The notes under the pieces: model-generated
Database searches by the model: none
Seen by the model: the letters and a program-made list of their open reading frames with translations, nothing else
What the model was told of the DNA's origin: nothing
Virus record (IMG/VR): IMGVR_UViG_3300045918_000152
Span: 1-52,252 of that record
Strand: one strand, 5' to 3'
Source of the DNA: a virus
Lineage: Duplodnaviria > Caudoviricetes
DNA length: 52,252 bases
In this document: positions 36,493 through 44,369 of the stretch, piece by piece
Position numbering within the stretch: position 1 is the stretch's first letter
Layout: each line of letters opens with the position of its first letter
Made by a program: the position numbers and the translations under genes

Positions 36493-36834
36493 CTACCATT
36501 TATAGCCAAGAATTTTGAAATCAGCCTTGGTTGCATACTGATCGTGCTCACTCATGATATCCCTGAATGTCAGGAACGGCATTTCCTCAGTCCTTTCAAA
36601 GAGAGCCATCACTTCATACTTGTGTTCAAACACAGGTGCTGTGTCTAGATCAGTGCAGTCGCTAACCTTGGACCAGAAACCCAATCCAAGGAAGCTACCC
36701 ATGAATATCCCAAGATCCTTATGGAACACAAATTTCCTGTGGTATCTGCAAAGCTCCCACTCAGCAAACGAGAGCAGGAACTTCTTTGATTGCCTCTCCA
36801 CAGGATCCCAGTCATCACCTAGGGTATACATCAC
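36493..36834 (-). CDS. Hypothetical protein
   Basis: 113 aa; overlaps the upstream stop. Confidence 0.6.
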   Translation of the reverse strand: MMYTLGDDWDPVERQSKKFLLSFAEWELCRYHRKFVFHKDLGIFMGSFLGLGFWSKVSDCTDLDTAPVFEHKYEVMALFERTEEMPFLTFRDIMSEHDQYATKADFKILGYKW

Positions 36835-37052
36835 AGTTCGTGATGCATGTGCGAGAGGAACAAACAGGCCAGTACTGCAGGAGCTCCCTTGCGAGAACCT
36901 TCAGATGGCATTGTTGCCTTGTCGAAGATATCCCACGCGGCATTGCCAATATCGCTGTATGGAAATGTATCCCACGCAGGAAGTGTATGATCACTGTCGA
37001 GACTCATAGCTACTTCAAGAAACGTATTGTTGATTTCTTTACGAGTTGGCAT
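36831..37052 (-). CDS. Hypothetical protein
   Basis: 73-aa ORF tiling the minus strand. Confidence 0.5.
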   Translation of the reverse strand: MPTRKEINNTFLEVAMSLDSDHTLPAWDTFPYSDIGNAAWDIFDKATMPSEGSRKGAPAVLACLFLSHMHHEL

Positions 37053-37488
37053 AGCAAATCTTTCTTGCTTTGATGTTAAAGAACATTTCCTTACCCTTAC
37101 GAAGTATCCCTACTCGGATTACATCGCCTATTTTGTGCACACTGTCAGGAGTCATTGACATGAACACATCGTTGATTCTTATGCCAGCAGTATACGCAGG
37201 GTATCCTATAGGCGCCTCGCTGATTATTCCTGTTAGGGGACTGTGTACAAATCCTGCACCAATATACTCCCTGTCCTTTCCGCATAGCACACCTAGTGCT
37301 CCTGGAGGACCCTCAGCGTTACCTACAGTGGTATCACCTTGAGGAGGTACGAGGGTCACGCCAACAACATCATACTTTGGAGTGAGAACAACATTTGCGG
37401 TAGGAGTGCAGCTTACAATTATTGAAAGTAGTATTGCAATGTGCACCGCGGGGCTTATCAAGCCAATGAGTTTAGAGTTGTGAGCCAC
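37039..37488 (-). CDS. Membrane-anchored/exported PDZ-like domain protein
   Basis: Hydrophobic N-terminus ending IVSC; YIGAG...PAYTAGIRINDVF...GDVIRVGILRKG matches the PDZ consensus PA..AG...GD.I / G..V...I.R.G. Confidence 0.6.
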   Translation of the reverse strand: MAHNSKLIGLISPAVHIAILLSIIVSCTPTANVVLTPKYDVVGVTLVPPQGDTTVGNAEGPPGALGVLCGKDREYIGAGFVHSPLTGIISEAPIGYPAYTAGIRINDVFMSMTPDSVHKIGDVIRVGILRKGKEMFFNIKARKICYANS

Positions 37489-37690
37489 CGCTGATACTCT
37501 TGCAAGCTACGGCAGTGTTGTCGATCACAACAGGACTAGGATTATTGAGACAATACCTGTGGTAAAGTCGGAGACCAGCCTCTTCACCTCTGCTATAGGA
37601 CTGACTTGCAGTAACACAAACAAAGGCGATTGTGGCAAGCACACCGGTAGTCCAGCGGAGCCACCTAGGAACAGATACATTAATCATCAT
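37472..37690 (-). CDS. Small membrane protein
   Basis: 72 aa with an N-terminal hydrophobic segment. Confidence 0.55.
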   Translation of the reverse strand: MMINVSVPRWLRWTTGVLATIAFVCVTASQSYSRGEEAGLRLYHRYCLNNPSPVVIDNTAVACKSISGGSQL

Positions 37691-37980
37691 GATTGGATTA
37701 TCTCGATTAGATCAACAATTTCAGGGCTATACATTCTCAATTTGTCGGTTTCCCCTGCGAGGTGATATATTGCCTCACGGGGTTTACCCTCCTGGAAAGC
37801 TACTCTTGCCAGACGTACACAAGTGTACACAGCAAGCTCATGGTTGTGAATTAGCAACTCTACACGCTTAAGAGCAAACTCCTTGAGTTCATTCTGGATG
37901 GCAATAGCCTTACCCTCAAGCTCATTAAGGCGAGAATTTTTGAGGTCCTCAATTTTCCAGTACACATCAGCTATTTTCAT
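37687..37980 (-). CDS. Hypothetical protein
   Basis: ATGA-coupled at both ends; start MKIADV (ORF track 37998). Confidence 0.6.
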   Translation of the reverse strand: MKIADVYWKIEDLKNSRLNELEGKAIAIQNELKEFALKRVELLIHNHELAVYTCVRLARVAFQEGKPREAIYHLAGETDKLRMYSPEIVDLIEIIQS

Positions 37981-38201
37981 GGTCGATACCACCCACAATG
38001 ACCAAGATTATCACAATCGAATCGTGTACCCTGTGGAAATCTCGGAGTTGCAGGACGATTCTCAATCTCATCAATCCTTGTGATTCCCGCACTATCTCCA
38101 AGGAGAGCAGCGGCGCGATCCCATCCTGATTCGACTACACAACGGTATCGATACTTATTCCAGGATGGCATCACAAGGTAGAACACATATAACCTACTCA
38201 T
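37977..38201 (-). CDS. Hypothetical protein
   Basis: 74-aa coupled ORF. Confidence 0.55.
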   Translation of the reverse strand: MSRLYVFYLVMPSWNKYRYRCVVESGWDRAAALLGDSAGITRIDEIENRPATPRFPQGTRFDCDNLGHCGWYRP

Positions 38202-38421
38202 TAGGGATGCACTCCTTGCCGATGCACTCGCGGCAGAATGCGAACATCACACCAGTGTAATTCCCGTCGTACTCCATGTGGGCTCGACTGAACGAATGCC
38301 CAAACTGAACAAAGAAAGTCCCTGTCGCACCATCCTCAGAATCCACAACATAGTGGTCACATCGATTGCACCAAAATTGGGCTTTCTTTGTGGGTGTGTA
38401 GGGCTCAAGATCAATTTTCAT
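38194..38421 (-). CDS. Small Cys-containing (CxxC...CxxC) protein
   Basis: CNRC and CREC motifs; possible zinc ribbon. Confidence 0.55.
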   Translation of the reverse strand: MKIDLEPYTPTKKAQFWCNRCDHYVVDSEDGATGTFFVQFGHSFSRAHMEYDGNYTGVMFAFCRECIGKECIPNE

Positions 38422-38461
38422 GCTGCGCTCATTTGGTTAAGCGTTGCGGACGCGAACAAGA

Positions 38462-38893
38462 CTAGTCCGTAAGAAGGATACCCATGGGTTCAATCTCAGG
38501 AGGTGTCTCACTACGATCAGGAACTTGATTATAGCCGTATTTCAATAGATCATTACTAATTTTCTGTTGAAGAGTAAGGAGCTGTGCAATGGCAATCATT
38601 GAAGGTTTGCTAGACATCATCACTTGATCGATAATTGTCTGGACCTCATCAAACTTCTTTACCATCGTCTCAATAGGATCAAAGCCAAGTGCTGAAAGCT
38701 TAGCCGCTGATTCCCTTGCGTTAATAAGTGTGGACTTTGTAGAGCGTGCCCATGTAGAGCGTGCCTTCACATACTCCACATCAAACAATCCCTTCTTGTC
38801 TTCCTCAACATGCTTATGTTCAGCAAGAGGAATGTCAGGGATAGTCTTACGAGGGTTCTGGCTGTCTAGCGCAGCGGAGCAAGCATCAGTCAT
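38462..38893 (-). CDS. Putative terminase small subunit
   Basis: 143 aa, helical; KLSALGFDPIETMV...LLKYGY pattern; near the start of the late block upstream of terL. Partly positional inference. Confidence 0.55.
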   Translation of the reverse strand: MTDACSAALDSQNPRKTIPDIPLAEHKHVEEDKKGLFDVEYVKARSTWARSTKSTLINARESAAKLSALGFDPIETMVKKFDEVQTIIDQVMMSSKPSMIAIAQLLTLQQKISNDLLKYGYNQVPDRSETPPEIEPMGILLTD

Positions 38894-39216
38894 TTGAGCC
38901 TCTCAATAATTCCCTTGAGAGTGTTTATCTCAGCGGTAGCCTCAGCTAGCTTAGCACGAACCTCGTACAGCTCAGCCATAAGCTCACCGCGAGTCTCATA
39001 AAGCTCCTCAATCTTATGCATTAGTGAGGATATCTGCTCAGACAATTCCCCACGATACTTACTCTCGGCCTCATCCCCATGGGATTTAAGCTCAGCCTTC
39101 TTTGTCCAATAAGCCCAGAATCCAGCTCCGCTGAATATTCCTATAACAGCAAGAATAAGGGGACCTGCTGCTGTTGCTAACGTACTAACTAAACTGTTTA
39201 TTTCTTCTGGCAGCAT
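38890..39216 (-). CDS. Membrane-anchored coiled-coil protein
   Basis: N-terminal TM ending AGFWAYW, then a coiled coil; AAGGAGG RBS; first gene after promoter motif copy 2. Confidence 0.7.
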   Translation of the reverse strand: MLPEEINSLVSTLATAAGPLILAVIGIFSGAGFWAYWTKKAELKSHGDEAESKYRGELSEQISSLMHKIEELYETRGELMAELYEVRAKLAEATAEINTLKGIIERLK

Positions 39217-39246
39217 GGCATCCTCCTTTTATTGTTTGCTGTGACT

Positions 39247-39262
39247 CTTTAGCGTCCCCTGG
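39247..39262 (-). promoter_or_regulatory. Putative phage-RNAP promoter, copy 2 (CCAGGGGACGCTAAAG)
   Basis: Exact 16-mer, 30 nt upstream of the ATG of 38890..39216. Confidence 0.6.
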
Positions 39263-39308
39263 TGACCCAGGGCAAGCGACCTGGTGCACCTGGCACGAAA
39301 TCAAGGAG

Positions 39309-39626
39309 TTATAGATCCCCAAAGACTTCCTCAGGTTTCTCTTCCTTGATAATTTTCCGACAGTTATCAGGCAACTCAAACTTGAACTTACTTCTGTGGT
39401 CAGGGTAGTAGATTGTATTCATTGTCTCGACTTCACCACTGAACATATCAACACCAAGGACTGCTGTTGTATCGTTTGCAGTGCCATTGTACAGCGAGCC
39501 TAGGACGTTACCAGGATGATCAATGGGATGGATGCTACAATAAACGCAGGTCTTACCCCTACTATTAGAGTTTCTTCGATAGAACTCTACAGGATACTCA
39601 GAAAGGTATTTTACTCTTTTCTTCAT
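39309..39626 (-). CDS. Hypothetical protein
   Basis: 105 aa; AAGGA RBS; lies between two promoter-motif copies. Confidence 0.65.
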   Translation of the reverse strand: MKKRVKYLSEYPVEFYRRNSNSRGKTCVYCSIHPIDHPGNVLGSLYNGTANDTTAVLGVDMFSGEVETMNTIYYPDHRSKFKFELPDNCRKIIKEEKPEEVFGDL

Positions 39627-39747
39627 TGATCTTCCTTTATTATAAATATACTTTAATAAATAATTTACAATAAATATGTATTTAACAATATCTCTTATTA
39701 AAGATATTATTAATACTTACGTTAATAGGCTCACACGGGGAGGGGTG

Positions 39748-39763
39748 CTTTAGCGTCCCCTGG
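39748..39763 (-). promoter_or_regulatory. Putative phage-RNAP promoter, copy 3 (CCAGGGGACGCTAAAG)
   Basis: Exact 16-mer; similarity to copy 1 extends to CCTCCAGGGGACGCTAAAGCACCC(C)TCCCC; followed by about 100 bp of AT-rich sequence. Confidence 0.6.
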
Positions 39764-39774
39764 AGGTCCCTGTG

Positions 39775-40212
39775 CTATGCCATAAGGTCTAGGAAGCGTA
39801 ACTCAGCATCATGGAAGTATTGAGGGTGAGACAGCTTAAGCTCCTTCATGGTTGGAATAAGGAATTCTTCTTCCTGATTTACCAATGATAGCCATTGAAC
39901 AAACTCACGGCGCTTACGTTGGTCCATCTGAAAAATTTGCCCCGGACTCTCCCCATTGTACATATAACCTGTGATGCACCCAATACCTCCTAAACCAGTT
40001 TCAGGGCTATCACCCTTATCCAGCATTCGTGGTACATAAAGAGGCTGCCATTCAAGGAGCAGTCTTGCGAGGAGAGTTGACAACTTTCGGGCACTAACAC
40101 GGCAGTCCTCAAATCGATCAATCTCATTGCAGAGGAATCCATATTCTTGCTCCTGGAATTCCTCGATGAGTTGGTCCAGATAGTCTACAAGTTTAGCTTT
40201 TATGATAATCAT
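39775..40212 (-). CDS. Hypothetical protein, paralog of 40209..40679
   Basis: Shares GFLC, LL.E..P and RREFVQWL..VNQE.EF with its neighbour; ATGA-coupled start (ORF track 40224). Confidence 0.7.
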   Translation of the reverse strand: MIIIKAKLVDYLDQLIEEFQEQEYGFLCNEIDRFEDCRVSARKLSTLLARLLLEWQPLYVPRMLDKGDSPETGLGGIGCITGYMYNGESPGQIFQMDQRKRREFVQWLSLVNQEEEFLIPTMKELKLSHPQYFHDAELRFLDLMA

Positions 40213-40679
40213 TCGAGTCCCCAAAGATGAGGGTTAGCTTCCTTGAAATCATGCTCGTCGAGAAGGATGAATTCCTTTTCCTGATTCACATTCCTTAACC
40301 ATTCAACAAATTGCCTCCGGTATGGCTGAGACGAATTAAATGTGTAATCCCTAGGATCTCCATCCCCATCAAGACCATTTACTATTGTGTGAATGCAATG
40401 AAGCCCATCAGATGGATTATACCTGTCATTGGCTAGCACCTCGAGATGCTCAGGCCAGCACTCAAAGAGCAACTTTGTGATAAGCAGGTACAGATTGAAG
40501 TGATAGCAGTCCCTAAACACAAAGCAGAAGTAGCCATGCAAATTCTTGTCGAACTCATCAAGAGCCCACTCCAGCACCAACAACAGCTGTGTCTTGCTTA
40601 TCACCTTTGGGCAGTAGCTCTGCCTAAACTCGATGAGTGGGTAGGGTACGCCGATTGATATACCGTTATTGTTATTCAT
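40209..40679 (-). CDS. Hypothetical protein, paralog of 39775..40212
   Basis: GYFC, LLFECWP and RRQFVEWLRNVNQEKEF. Confidence 0.7.
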   Translation of the reverse strand: MNNNNGISIGVPYPLIEFRQSYCPKVISKTQLLLVLEWALDEFDKNLHGYFCFVFRDCYHFNLYLLITKLLFECWPEHLEVLANDRYNPSDGLHCIHTIVNGLDGDGDPRDYTFNSSQPYRRQFVEWLRNVNQEKEFILLDEHDFKEANPHLWGLE

Positions 40680-40993
40680 TATGGCTCTAACCTTTGTGTC
40701 CAGGAGTTATCAAGGATGGCATTAATCGCATCAACCTCAGTGGGGTAGTACTCCTGACTTTCCCTTGAGATTGGACTGCCATTTCCTGATGCAGTACCTA
40801 TGTAGTATCCTGCATTACTTCGAAGAACTCTTACTGCGTGAAGCTCTCCAAGGATAGTCCTTGCGAGATATCCGAAGCTATTATCGAATTTTCTTCCTGT
40901 GCCTTTCGTAGCAATCTCGAATGCCCCTATGAGCCGATCTCCAAGTGGGCGCCGCGTGCCCTGTGGCGCAAGTGGGAATGTACTGTTAGTCAT
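40679..40993 (-). CDS. Hypothetical phage protein
   Basis: 104 aa; VLRSNAGYYIGT...PISRESQEYY; TAATG-coupled to the next gene. Confidence 0.65.
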   Translation of the reverse strand: MTNSTFPLAPQGTRRPLGDRLIGAFEIATKGTGRKFDNSFGYLARTILGELHAVRVLRSNAGYYIGTASGNGSPISRESQEYYPTEVDAINAILDNSWTQRLEP

Positions 40994-41083
40994 TGTTAGT
41001 GTGCCAGGTGCGTGGTTGTTCGTGTGGGGGATGGCCAGGGTAATCTCTCCCTAGGGCCACCCGCCAGGGACGCCTAATGTGGA

Positions 41084-41299
41084 CTAGTGTGTGCTAAGCT
41101 CCACAATCTTGAGATCATAAACGCTAGGATAGTATTCCAGCTCCTTATCATCAATAAGCACAGTAATACGACCTGTCGAGGGAGGACTTAGGACACGGAA
41201 TGAGACCAATTGGGCGTGCATACCGCGATGGCTGGTAAGCATATCACCTGGCTTTACGGTAAGGCCGGTGGATTCGTTAATGAGTTGATGTGTTGCCAT
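41084..41299 (-). CDS. Hypothetical protein
   Basis: 71 aa, SH3-like size; EYYPSVY motif. Confidence 0.6.
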   Translation of the reverse strand: MATHQLINESTGLTVKPGDMLTSHRGMHAQLVSFRVLSPPSTGRITVLIDDKELEYYPSVYDLKIVELSTH

Positions 41300-41720
41300 C
41301 GATATCGCCTAGGCGTTTGGGGAAGCCATCATACAGGACTACTGTTTGTGGATAGAGTGCCCACCCGTGGGTATCCTTCATTGTTGCAGCTTGAATCCTT
41401 AGAGATTTGTAGAAGATCTCTCCTCCACATTGCTGCTCCACATGAAACAAGAAACCCAACAGTGCAGCGTCACTTCTACTGCTATGCTCAAGTAGATAGT
41501 CTAGCCACCCAGCAGCACCTACGTCTGAATCAATTTCGTAGTCAACAAATGTGATATCACCAATGATGAATACGTACCTGTCATTCTTGCTTTTGTGGAA
41601 GCCCTCAAATGGCCTATCCTTTGAAAGGAACCACCAAGCCTTTCGCAAGACCAGCGCGAAACTTGTCCACATAGTTTTCGCTGTAGAGGCTGAGTACAGT
41701 GTCATAGTTTTCCCATGCAA
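41277..41720 (-). CDS. Hypothetical protein (start uncertain)
   Basis: Fills the gap between neighbours; the true start is probably downstream of 41720. Confidence 0.45.
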   Translation of the reverse strand: MHGKTMTLYSASTAKTMWTSFALVLRKAWWFLSKDRPFEGFHKSKNDRYVFIIGDITFVDYEIDSDVGAAGWLDYLLEHSSRSDAALLGFLFHVEQQCGGEIFYKSLRIQAATMKDTHGWALYPQTVVLYDGFPKRLGDIDGNTSTH

Positions 41721-42531
41721 ATTCCCGGAACCAGCCGGAGGTAATACTAGTACAGACCTTTTCGAGGGCCATCAGGAATGACTCTCTTGGAGTTAGCACG
41801 CCAGGGTGAGGGATTTGAGAACGCTCAAGTGCAAGCACATAGGCCTCCTCAAGAACAGCGTTTAGCTTTACGGTAGCGCTGCACTGTTCAAACTTAGCCT
41901 TGCTGCTGAGCACCTCATGGTTATCCACCATAAAGAACTTGTATGCAGGTGAGGGGCTTTGCGCGACAGTAAGGTGAAGGCTATCATGATCGTACAGATA
42001 GTTTATCTCCTCAGAATTAAAGAAGGTACTCTTCCCTTGATTGAGATTAGGCCTGCTGTATGTGTAGGTATCCCTCATGCGCCATTCATACGTTTCCACA
42101 AACAGCTCAAGTACCCTCTGTGGATCTATGATGAGCTTGCGGAGCATACGAATATCCCGCATTGTCTTCATGAAATGAGGATTATTCTTGAGGTACCTAT
42201 GTGACATCTTCAGCATATAGCATAGCTGAATACTTGCATAGGTTACACCGCCAACACCTGCAGTGTGAATCTGAAGAATCCTCTCGGCGCAAGTACCGGG
42301 CCATGCAATCTCAGCCTCAAGAACGTGGCCACTCAAGAACTTGACAATTACTTTCTTACCACCCTCAGTGGGGTAATTTGAACGAATACTCCCGTGAATA
42401 GGTTTCAAAAGATTGGCATACTCAATGGCGTCATCATAGCTTGAGATGATATCGGTATCAATCCCGGCCTTGCGCCATGTGAGTAGCCTGTGATGTTGAA
42501 GTGCACGACTTCCGATCACAAGCACTCGCAT
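41614..42531 (-). CDS. Nucleotidyltransferase-like protein
   Basis: N-terminal IGSRAL...DTDII (GS-x(n)-DxD) followed by a helical domain with KMSHRY, YDHDSLH and EEAYVLALER. Confidence 0.6.
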   Translation of the reverse strand: MRVLVIGSRALQHHRLLTWRKAGIDTDIISSYDDAIEYANLLKPIHGSIRSNYPTEGGKKVIVKFLSGHVLEAEIAWPGTCAERILQIHTAGVGGVTYASIQLCYMLKMSHRYLKNNPHFMKTMRDIRMLRKLIIDPQRVLELFVETYEWRMRDTYTYSRPNLNQGKSTFFNSEEINYLYDHDSLHLTVAQSPSPAYKFFMVDNHEVLSSKAKFEQCSATVKLNAVLEEAYVLALERSQIPHPGVLTPRESFLMALEKVCTSITSGWFREFAWENYDTVLSLYSENYVDKFRAGLAKGLVVPFKG

Positions 42532-42532
42532 A

Positions 42533-42901
42533 TTATTTGTTGTACCAGGTTACACAAGTTGCCCATTCAGGTTTTGGGCTGAATGCACTGATTGTGGATT
42601 CGAGCAGTTGCCCGTCCATGCCGAGCTTGGCCCAATATCCAATCCCATCATCATCAGTGAACATTTGCCGTGATCCCTCAGACTGCCAATCTTCAATGGT
42701 GAATACATCACCGCTCCCATCCTTGTACAAACGAAAGCCATCAACCTTCTGTGGGCCAACAGCAGTACGTGCACGGCCAAGAAAGCTCTTGTGGGTTCGG
42801 CGATGATGCGCATTGATGATCTTGATGGCCTCACGAAGGAGACTCTCAACGGTGTCCGTAGCAGGGAACGTTGCAGTAGGAATGAATTCAGTGGTATTCA
42901 T
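42533..42901 (-). CDS. Hypothetical protein
   Basis: 122 aa ending VTWYNK; 1 nt before the nucleotidyltransferase start. Confidence 0.6.
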   Translation of the reverse strand: MNTTEFIPTATFPATDTVESLLREAIKIINAHHRRTHKSFLGRARTAVGPQKVDGFRLYKDGSGDVFTIEDWQSEGSRQMFTDDDGIGYWAKLGMDGQLLESTISAFSPKPEWATCVTWYNK

Positions 42902-42938
42902 GATAACCTTGTTTAGTTAAATCACAGCGGAGCGAGCA

Positions 42939-43406
42939 TCAGCAAGAAGAATCACTACGATCCCAGCCAGCACCGCCACTACCATCACCATAGTAGGTGT
43001 GGCCATACTGAAGACTAATGTGGAAAGTGAGGCCACAATCGTCCGCAATCGACTTGGCAGTCTGTACAAGCCCAACCATCCTGGTGACATCCTCAGAAAT
43101 CTTCTCAAGACCTTCCTTTTGCTTCACGGGATTACTCTTGATCCCATCATAGCTCCATTCGTAGGGGTTGTACTTAATATCGTCATCGTAGCCCCCGCTA
43201 TCGATCTTGAAGGTAACACGGCATTCATCAGCCACAACCTTGCACTTTTCAATAAGCCGGTTAATCTCAGAGGTGATCCCCTCAAGTTCTCCAGAGCGAT
43301 CCTTCTTGTAACGCACACGGCAACGTTCAAGAAGTCCACGATCAACAACGGCAGCAATGATATCGTTATCGCTGGCGAGGGTAGTACCGTCAGTGTACAA
43401 ACTCAT
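42939..43406 (-). CDS. Hypothetical protein with internal duplication and C-terminal GWDRSDSSC
   Basis: Two similar helix-plus-strand units (ADECRVTFKI / ADDCGLTFHI); related to 43472..43732. Confidence 0.65.
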   Translation of the reverse strand: MSLYTDGTTLASDNDIIAAVVDRGLLERCRVRYKKDRSGELEGITSEINRLIEKCKVVADECRVTFKIDSGGYDDDIKYNPYEWSYDGIKSNPVKQKEGLEKISEDVTRMVGLVQTAKSIADDCGLTFHISLQYGHTYYGDGSGGAGWDRSDSSC

Positions 43407-43471
43407 TATAATGTCCTAGTTACGTCACATCCGTGCCGTTAATAAATAAGTGCGAGCGGATGTGAGCAAGA

Positions 43472-43732
43472 TTAGCAATTAGCCGAAGAACTGTTCCAGC
43501 CCGGAGTACGATCAAAATTGATGTACAACTCAAGATCATGATCGCTGACGCTGAATTGGAGTTCAAACAATTCAGCCAGCTCCGTAGCTTCCTTGTACAG
43601 CTTCTTGATCCCCTCCACATTGTCGGAAATCCTGGAGATTGCATCACGGCGCTCCTGGCTATTACTACCACGACGGCGCTCAAGGGCAGCCACGAGTTCG
43701 CTGAGGGGGATGCTATTCAGATCGGTATTCAT
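43472..43732 (-). CDS. Hypothetical protein with C-terminal GWNSSSANC
   Basis: 86 aa; AELFELQFSV unit and tail similar to 42939..43406. Confidence 0.65.
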   Translation of the reverse strand: MNTDLNSIPLSELVAALERRRGSNSQERRDAISRISDNVEGIKKLYKEATELAELFELQFSVSDHDLELYINFDRTPGWNSSSANC

Positions 43733-44097
43733 TACAGGCTCACTTTGTCGAATTGGGAAAGGGCAACGGTGAAGCGGGAGTAGCTCCCGTCATTGTCATC
43801 AACAGATCGAACAAATCGATCACGTTCATTTTCGGAATCGAAATCCTTACTGTGGTCAGGGAGAATACCCTTAGAGTCCACGATAGTAGCCCTGTACATT
43901 GTAACAGTCTCAGGCTCGTAGACTTCAACGCTGTACGAGTTCACATACACTTCAATGTATGAGCCACCCTCAACAAAAATACGAATGCGCTTAATGGCAC
44001 TCTCAGTACATTCAAATTCAAGACGGTCAAGCTTCAGATTTTCAAACTTGCCGACAGACTTCACGGGAACCAGCTTTTGCTTCTTCATTATTCGCAC
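43732..44097 (-). CDS. Hypothetical protein
   Basis: 121 aa; TAATG-coupled to the next gene. Confidence 0.6.
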   Translation of the reverse strand: MRIMKKQKLVPVKSVGKFENLKLDRLEFECTESAIKRIRIFVEGGSYIEVYVNSYSVEVYEPETVTMYRATIVDSKGILPDHSKDFDSENERDRFVRSVDDNDGSYSRFTVALSQFDKVSL

Positions 44098-44369
44098 TTT
44101 TCAGGTTGAAGAACACCACCAACTCGTGTATGAGCGGCGCATGTCTTTATGATATTCGTTGCTACTTCTCTAACGTCAACATAGTCTCCACGACGGCTAA
44201 TTAATTCATATCTATGGCCGTTCTTAAGAGACCTAGGGCCAAGGCGGTATATACCACCATCGATGAAGCCGGCCCTTGCAATAAACACATCATGTAATTC
44301 AAGATCCCCAACGCGCATTCCTGCAGGATCCCTACGCTTTCCAAGAATCCAGGTCAGTAGTCGGGACAT
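44088..44369 (-). CDS. Hypothetical protein
   Basis: 93 aa; TGATG-coupled to the macrodomain gene. Confidence 0.55.
   Translation of the reverse strand: MSRLLTWILGKRRDPAGMRVGDLELHDVFIARAGFIDGGIYRLGPRSLKNGHRYELISRRGDYVDVREVATNIIKTCAAHTRVGGVLQPEKCE

Noticed and set aside
38738-38765. 13-bp direct repeat (15-nt period) in the putative terS gene
   Set aside because: A small in-frame duplication (ARSTW/ARSTK) with no evidence of a separate function.
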